This document shows, piece after piece, positions 58,920 to 64,000 of a stretch of DNA of 64,000 nucleotides. The notes below the pieces were generated by a model. It did no database searches. It saw only the letters and a program-made list of their open reading frames with translations, and was not told the origin of the DNA. Numbering within the stretch: position 1 is the stretch's first letter; each line of letters starts with the position of its first letter. Source of the stretch: Acidimicrobiales bacterium (GTDB taxonomy: Bacteria > Actinomycetota > Acidimicrobiia > Acidimicrobiales > CADCSY01); the NCBI GenBank assembly GCA_035512495.1, contig DATKDW010000062.1:50957-114956 (forward strand). Direction: 5' to 3'. A program made the translations under genes and the position numbers.

Positions 58920-60373
58920 CGGCCCTCCCCCTCGGCACGGAGGCGGTCGAGCTCCTCACGCACGACGACCCGGTCGTCGAGCTCGATGGTGCGGTCACCG
59001 AGGGTCTGAGTCGTCTCGTGGCCCTTGCCTGCCACGATGACGACATCGCCGTCGGTGGCGTGGCGCAGGGCGAGGGCGATCGCCGCCCGCCGGTCGGGCT
59101 CGACCTCGATCGCCGCCCCGGAGGCGGCACCACTGCGGATGGCATCGATGATGGCCATGGGTTCCTCGCTGCGGGGGTTGTCGGACGTGATGACGCTGAG
59201 GTCGGCCAGCCGGCTCGCCACCTCGCCCATGGCGGGGCGCTTCTCCCGGTCCCGGTCGCCGCCGCACCCGAACACGATGACCACCCTGCCACCGGAGCCG
59301 ATCTCGCGTGCCGCCCGCAGGACCTGCTCGATCCCGTCGGGCGTGTGGGCGTAGTCGACGATCACCGCCACCGGCGGGCCCGCTGCCACCACCTCGAAGC
59401 GCCCGTCGATCGGACCGACCGACGCCAGGCCCTCGGCCACCGCGTCGAGGGGGACCCCGACCTCTAGCGCGGCGGTCGCCGCTGCAAGGGCGTTGCGGAC
59501 GTTGAACTCCCCCGAGAGCGGCAGGTGAATCCGCTCGCCCTGCCACGTGAACGTCGCCCCGGTCATGTGCAGCTCGAGGTCTGACGCGTCGTCGAGGGAG
59601 TAGGGCCTGGTGGGGATGCGGGCGGCATCGAGGAGGAGCCGGCCGTGGGGGTCGTCAGCGTTGACCACCGCACGCTCGGAGCGCTCCGGCTCGAAGAGCA
59701 TCGCCTTGGCCGAGAAGTAGTCCTCCATGGTGGCGTGGATGTCGAGGTGGTCGCGACTGAGGTTGGTGAAGACCGCGACGGCGAAGCGGGTCCCGTCGAC
59801 ACGACGCTGGATCAGGCCGTGAGATGAGACCTCCATCGCCACCGCCTCGGTGCCGGCGGCGAGGAGGGAGGCCAGGCGGGCCTGCAGGTGAGCGGCACCG
59901 GGTGTGGTCGGTGGCTGGGACACGCCGGCGCGGTCGACGGGGCTGAGCGTCCCGATGGTGGCCGCCGGTCTCCCCGCCGCCCGGAGCACCGCGGCGAGGA
60001 TCGCCACCGTGGTCGTCTTGCCGTTGGTGCCGGTGACGCCGACGATGTCGAGGTGGTGGGACGGGTCGCCGTGGAGGCGAGCCGCGAGCGGGCCGATGGC
60101 GGCCCGGCTGGAGGGGACCAGCACCTGTGGCACCGCCAGCGGGAGCTCGCGCTCGCACACCAGCGCCACCGCGCCCCGGGCGACCGCGTCGGCGGCGAGG
60201 TCGTGGCCGTCGACGTTCGCCCCCGGCACGCAGCAGTAGAGCGAGCGCTCCGCCACCTCGCGGGAGTCCTCGGTCACCGCCGTCACCGACACCTCGCCGG
60301 GGTCGCCGACGAGCTCGACGTCGGTGATGGCGTCGAGGAGGTCGGTCAGGGGGACGGGGGCATGTTCGGCCAC
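58916..60373 (-). CDS. murE: UDP-N-acetylmuramoyl-L-alanyl-D-glutamate--2,6-diaminopimelate ligase (MurE, not MurF)
   Basis: VTGTNGKTTT, DYAHTPDG, FGCGGDRDREKRPAMG, TSDNPRSEEP and AGKGHE are MurE signatures. No MurF-type YNANP or GDM.ELG motifs. Confidence 0.92.
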   Translation of the reverse strand: MAEHAPVPLTDLLDAITDVELVGDPGEVSVTAVTEDSREVAERSLYCCVPGANVDGHDLAADAVARGAVALVCERELPLAVPQVLVPSSRAAIGPLAARLHGDPSHHLDIVGVTGTNGKTTTVAILAAVLRAAGRPAATIGTLSPVDRAGVSQPPTTPGAAHLQARLASLLAAGTEAVAMEVSSHGLIQRRVDGTRFAVAVFTNLSRDHLDIHATMEDYFSAKAMLFEPERSERAVVNADDPHGRLLLDAARIPTRPYSLDDASDLELHMTGATFTWQGERIHLPLSGEFNVRNALAAATAALEVGVPLDAVAEGLASVGPIDGRFEVVAAGPPVAVIVDYAHTPDGIEQVLRAAREIGSGGRVVIVFGCGGDRDREKRPAMGEVASRLADLSVITSDNPRSEEPMAIIDAIRSGAASGAAIEVEPDRRAAIALALRHATDGDVVIVAGKGHETTQTLGDRTIELDDRVVVREELDRLRAEGEGR

Positions 60374-60379
60374 GCCGCT

Positions 60380-62266
60380 TCAGTCTCGCGGCACGACGAT
60401 GGTGTCGGGGTCGACCACCACGGGCGGCTCGACGATCGGGGTGGCCGAGGGCGGGATCCGCAGGAGGCGCAGGGCGTACCTGGAGATGCCACCGAACACC
60501 GGAGCCGAGGTCAGGCTGGCGTAGTAGGGGCTCGGCTCGTCGAGGACGACGATGGCCGAGAGCTGGGGGTCCTCGGCCGGCACGAAGCCCGCGAAGGTGG
60601 CAACGTAGGCCCCCTCCTCGTACCCCCGGTGGGTCCTCGACGGCTTGCGGGCAGTCCCGGTCTTGCCCGCCACGCTGTAGCCCGCGATCTGGGCTCGCTG
60701 GCCCGTCCCCTCCGTCGAGGCCACCACGTTGGTGAGGATGGCCCGCATCTGCTCGGCCGACGCGGCCGAGATCACCCGCCGCCGGGGTGACCGGTCGGCG
60801 AGGTGCTCGGTGCCGTCGGCGTCGAGGGTGGACCGCACGAGGGTCGGTGTGACGAGGACACCGTCGTTGGCGATGGCATTGAAGGCCCCGAGCATCTGCA
60901 GCGCGTTGACGGCGATGCCCTGGCCGATGGAGATCGACCCGATGGACGGCCCCGTCCACTCGTCCAGGTCGAGGAGGATGCCGTTGGACTCCCCCGGGAA
61001 CCCGAGCCCGGTGGACTGCCCGAAGCCGAACCGACGCAGATAGGCGTCGACCCGCTCGGGGCCGAGGGCCTGCCCGATCTGGATCGTGCCAACGTTGGAC
61101 GACCTCGTGATGACGTCGGTGAACGAGCTCGGGCCGGACCTCGGGTGCTCGTCGGAGAAGCGCTTCACCGAGACCTGGACCGCAGGCGGGACCTCCCAGG
61201 TCTGCTCGGGCGTGTAGAGGCCCTCCTCCAGCGCGGCTGCCGCAACGACCACCTTGCTGACCGAACCGGGCTCGAAGAGCGTGGTCACGGCCATGTTGTC
61301 CCGGCTGGGCCGAGGCGGGCCTCCGGCGGCGTCGGCCCGAAGGTTGGCCAGCGCCAGGATCTCACCCGTGCGCGGGTCCATCACGATGGCGCTGCCGCCG
61401 GCGGCGCCGGTGGCGAGGATCTGGTCGCCGAGCGCGCGCTCGACCTCGTACTGCAGCGAGCGGTCGATGGTGAGCACGAGGTCGTCGCCCCGCTCGGCCG
61501 GCGACAGCCGGTGCTCCCCTGCCGCGATGGTCCGGCCTCCCGGTCCCCGCTCGAGAATCAGCTCGCCCGGCACACCGACGAGGCGGTCCTCGTAGACCAG
61601 CTCGAGGCCGGCGGTGCCCTGGTTGTCGATGTCGACGGTGCCGAGCACCGACGCCGCCAGCGATCCCGCCGGGGTGAAGCGGTGCGACTCGTCGAGCAGG
61701 CTGACGCCATCGAGGCCGAGGCTGCTCACGGTCTCGGCCACGTCGGCGTCGACCTGGCGCGACAGGTACACGAACGCGCCGCTGCCGCCGAGGCGCCGGA
61801 CGAGCACCTCGTGGTCGACCCCGAGCACCGGGGCCAGGGCGTCGGCGGCCCCCTCTGGGTCGGTCACCAGCCGGGGGTCGGCCCAGACGGTGTGCCGGCG
61901 GACGGACATGGCCAGCTCGCTGCCGTTGCGGTCGAAGATGGATCCCCGCTCGGCCGGGAGCACGATCGCACGCAGCCGCTGGGCGACTCCCCTCGCCGCG
62001 TAGTCGTCGGGAGAGACCACCTGCAGCTGGGTCAGGCGGACGGCCACGAGGGCGAAGGCCAGCGCCAGGGCGACCAGGAGTCCGAGGGCCCGTCGGGCCG
62101 GCGACCCGACGCCGGCCTGGGGACGCGCCGGGGGGCGGCGGGCAGGGGGCGGCGGCCTGCCGGCCCGGCTCCCGGTTCGGGCAGGGCGCGGGCGGGTGGC
62201 TGCGCGAGGTGGAGCGCCCCCGGGCCGGCGTGGTGCGCCACGCCGCGGAGGGCGCGTCGCCGTCAC
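60380..62266 (-). CDS. ftsI: penicillin-binding protein, division-specific transpeptidase (FtsI/PBP3 class B)
   Basis: TM anchor, a dimerisation domain and a transpeptidase domain with PGSVSKV (SxxK), SSN and KTGTA. GTG at 62266 gives a GTGA overlap with the ftsL stop; the ORF-track start is 62302. Confidence 0.9.
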   Translation of the reverse strand: MTATRPPRRGAPRRPGGAPPRAATRPRPARTGSRAGRPPPPARRPPARPQAGVGSPARRALGLLVALALAFALVAVRLTQLQVVSPDDYAARGVAQRLRAIVLPAERGSIFDRNGSELAMSVRRHTVWADPRLVTDPEGAADALAPVLGVDHEVLVRRLGGSGAFVYLSRQVDADVAETVSSLGLDGVSLLDESHRFTPAGSLAASVLGTVDIDNQGTAGLELVYEDRLVGVPGELILERGPGGRTIAAGEHRLSPAERGDDLVLTIDRSLQYEVERALGDQILATGAAGGSAIVMDPRTGEILALANLRADAAGGPPRPSRDNMAVTTLFEPGSVSKVVVAAAALEEGLYTPEQTWEVPPAVQVSVKRFSDEHPRSGPSSFTDVITRSSNVGTIQIGQALGPERVDAYLRRFGFGQSTGLGFPGESNGILLDLDEWTGPSIGSISIGQGIAVNALQMLGAFNAIANDGVLVTPTLVRSTLDADGTEHLADRSPRRRVISAASAEQMRAILTNVVASTEGTGQRAQIAGYSVAGKTGTARKPSRTHRGYEEGAYVATFAGFVPAEDPQLSAIVVLDEPSPYYASLTSAPVFGGISRYALRLLRIPPSATPIVEPPVVVDPDTIVVPRD

Positions 62267-62748
62267 CGGGTGCCGCCGAGGTAGGGCTTCACTGCCCCCC
62301 ACGACACCTGGCTGACCTCCGGCGCGGCGCCGGCGGTCACCGGGGCCTGATCGGGGCTCCCCGTCGGGGCCGGGAGCCAGATGATCTCCTCCGGCGGCAC
62401 CATGCCGAGCTGCTCCTGGGCAACTGCCACGACCCGCTCAGGTGACTCGAGGCTGGCGACCTCGAGCCGGAGGGACTCGTAGCGACCCTGCTCGTCGGCG
62501 ACGCGCGAGCCGAGCTCGTCGAGCGCGACCTGGCCGGAGACGAGCATGGCGTGGAAGGCAGCGAGGGCGAACAGCGACACCACCGCGGCCACGGCGGCCA
62601 CCACCACCACGAGGCGGCCACGGCGCGGCGAGCGACGGGGCGCCACCTCGTCGACGACCCGGAGGCGGGGACGTCGTTGGGGTGCTGGTGCCGGACGGCT
62701 CCGGGCAGGGCGGGAGCGAACGGGCGCGGGCGCGGTCAGGGGGCTCAT
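62263..62748 (-). CDS. ftsL: FtsL-like septal membrane protein
   Basis: 161 aa from MSPLTAPAP. Basic N-terminus, one TM helix (LVVVVAAVAAVVSLFALAAF) and a coiled-coil segment. ATGA overlap with the rsmH stop. The call rests on position and topology, not sequence motifs. Confidence 0.6.
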   Translation of the reverse strand: MSPLTAPAPVRSRPARSRPAPAPQRRPRLRVVDEVAPRRSPRRGRLVVVVAAVAAVVSLFALAAFHAMLVSGQVALDELGSRVADEQGRYESLRLEVASLESPERVVAVAQEQLGMVPPEEIIWLPAPTGSPDQAPVTAGAAPEVSQVSWGAVKPYLGGTR

Positions 62749-63734
62749 CGATCTGCACCTCGGGTGTCGTGGTCTGGTGTGTGGGGTGCGGGTTGGGCGA
62801 GCTTCTCCGCTGCCCGGAGACGGGCGCTGGCGGCGCGGGGGTTGGCGGCTGACTCCTCGGGCGAAGGGGTGCGACCCCCACGACCGAGCAGGCGGAGCAA
62901 CGGGACGGCGCCGCAGCCACAGGGCAGCTGCGGCGGACAGGCGCAGCCGCCGGTCTCGGCCAGGCGGAGTCGCGCCTTGGCGATCCGGTCTTCCCCGGAG
63001 TGGTACGAGAGGACCGCCACGCGCCCGCCGGGGGCGAGGAGGTCGATGGCCGCGTCGAGGGCCACCGGGAGCACCGCCAGCTCGTCGTTGACCTCGATGC
63101 GGATGGCCTGGAAGGAGCGGGCGGCGGGGTGGCCGCCGGTCCGGCGCGCCGGCGCGGGGATGGCGTCGCGCACGAGGGCGGCGAGCTCGCGGGTGGTCTC
63201 CACCGGCCGGGCGGCGACGATGGCACGGGCGATCCGGGTGGCGAAGCGCTCGTCGCCATGCTGGCGGAGCACCCGGACCAGCTCCGCCTCGTCGTAGCCG
63301 TTGACCACGTCCGCCGCGGTGCGGGTGGCGGAGCGGTCCATGCGCATGTCGAGCGGCGCGTCGTGACGGTGGGCGAAGCCCCGGTCGGCCCGGTCGAGCT
63401 GAGGGGAGCTGACGCCCAGGTCGAAGAGGGCTCCGCTCAGGGAGGGGAGGTCGAGTGCTCGCACGGTGTCGGTGAGACGGTCGAAGCGGGTGTGGTGGAC
63501 GCTGACCCGGTCGCCGAAGGGCGCCAGGCGGGCCCGGGCCGCCTCGACGGCGTCGGCGTCCTGGTCGAGCCCGACCACCGACAGGTGGGGGTGGGCCTCG
63601 AGGACGGCGGCGGCGTGGCCGCCACCGCCGACCGTTGCGTCCAGGACGACCCCGGCCGGCGCCGGTCCCAGCAGCTCGACGATCTCGGTGACCATCACGG
63701 GGCGGTGCTCGAAGGAGGGGTTGGTCGTGGTCAC
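62745..63734 (-). CDS. rsmH: 16S rRNA (cytosine1402-N4)-methyltransferase
   Basis: HRPVM, DATVGGGGH, GALFDLGVSSPQLD, SFQAIRIEVN and SYHSGEDR. GTG start. Confidence 0.95.
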   Translation of the reverse strand: MTTTNPSFEHRPVMVTEIVELLGPAPAGVVLDATVGGGGHAAAVLEAHPHLSVVGLDQDADAVEAARARLAPFGDRVSVHHTRFDRLTDTVRALDLPSLSGALFDLGVSSPQLDRADRGFAHRHDAPLDMRMDRSATRTAADVVNGYDEAELVRVLRQHGDERFATRIARAIVAARPVETTRELAALVRDAIPAPARRTGGHPAARSFQAIRIEVNDELAVLPVALDAAIDLLAPGGRVAVLSYHSGEDRIAKARLRLAETGGCACPPQLPCGCGAVPLLRLLGRGGRTPSPEESAANPRAASARLRAAEKLAQPAPHTPDHDTRGADR

Positions 63735-63746
63735 GGTGGTCTCCGC

Positions 63747-63965
63747 GGAGACGACGACACCGGTTCGGCGGCATCGAGGACGGCGACCTCGCTGCGCACC
63801 TCGACGCTCAGCAACCCCCCGGCCGGCACTGCCGTCGGGATGTCTCCCCGATCGATCGGGACGGAGAGCGGGCGGAGTAGGGGCTGTCCATCCTGCTGAC
63901 CGGGGGGTTGCTGAGCTGCGAGGTGCGGCGATGCCGCCGTCGATCCTGTTCGTCGTCTCGTCTCC
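63747..63965 (-). promoter_or_regulatory. long nested imperfect inverted repeat in the rsmH 5' leader (candidate structured RNA)
   Basis: Exact pairings: 63806-63822 with 63900-63916 (17 bp), 63795-63803 with 63919-63927 (9 bp), and 63767-63776 with 63929-63938 (10 bp). Outer arms are 63747-63758 and 63952-63965. A central 14-bp palindrome CCCGATCGATCGGG lies at 63847-63860. Confidence 0.45.
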
Positions 63966-64000
63966 TTGTCTCGTCGTCGGTCGTCGGTCGTCGATCAGAA

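Noticed and set aside
58916-60373. Calling this gene murF because it sits immediately upstream of mraY
   Set aside because: The motifs (GCGGDRD..KRP, SDNPR, GKGHE) are MurE-specific, and it directly follows ftsI as murE does.
63735-64000. mraZ upstream of rsmH
   Set aside because: No minus-strand ORF with a start codon exists here, and no SpoVT/AbrB-like sequence is present. mraZ may lie beyond the window edge; a TCA at 63995-63997 could be its stop.

Overview
This is a very GC-rich, densely coding actinobacterial chromosome segment; third codon positions are almost all G/C. Actinobacterial markers are mycothiol synthase MshD, the proteasome activator Bpa, a mycothiol-type DinB protein and an ftsA-less cell-division cluster. 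I saw no rRNA, tRNA, CRISPR array, transposase or integrase. Gene content in order: (1) his operon hisD-hisC-hisB-hisH on the minus strand. (2) A transglutaminase-like protein, nth, mshD, a VIT/CCC1 metal transporter, rlmN, a nucleotidyltransferase, an acyl-CoA synthetase and an acidic repeat membrane protein. (3) A nearly complete classical menaquinone cluster (menG, menF, menD, menH, menA, menB, menE; no menC). (4) A more accessory-looking block: an orphan, an SDR, a PPOX-family protein, a nitroreductase, a second orphan, a two-gene ABC exporter and a Baeyer-Villiger monooxygenase fused to an esterase. (5) dnaE, dodecin, a bpa operon, an alkaline-phosphatase-family protein and Rrf2. (6) rluD, lspA, a DksA/TraR zinc-finger protein with a histone-like tail, DUF167 and ileS. 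(7) The cell-division/cell-wall (dcw) region: divIVA, yggT, sepF, yggS, pgeF, ftsZ, ftsQ, murB, murC, then murG, then ftsW, murD, mraY, murE, ftsI, ftsL, rsmH. The most unusual features are in the dcw region. murG is inverted and heads a four-gene plus-strand operon (CBS-nucleotidyltransferase, SDR dehydratase/epimerase, AI-2E permease) that splits the cluster. murF is absent between murE and mraY. A ~220-nt nested inverted repeat sits in the rsmH leader. Other notable items: the BVMO-esterase fusion, a tandem 51-nt hairpin element next to it, two proteins with near-perfect Lys/Ala-rich tandem repeats, a perfect 20-bp palindrome carrying both start sites of divergent menD/menH, and two small high-GC3 ORFs that are easy to miss. 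Most long ORFs in the six-frame track are antisense or off-frame artefacts of the GC-rich sequence. All functional calls rest on my own reading of the translations and recalled family motifs; no database search was run.
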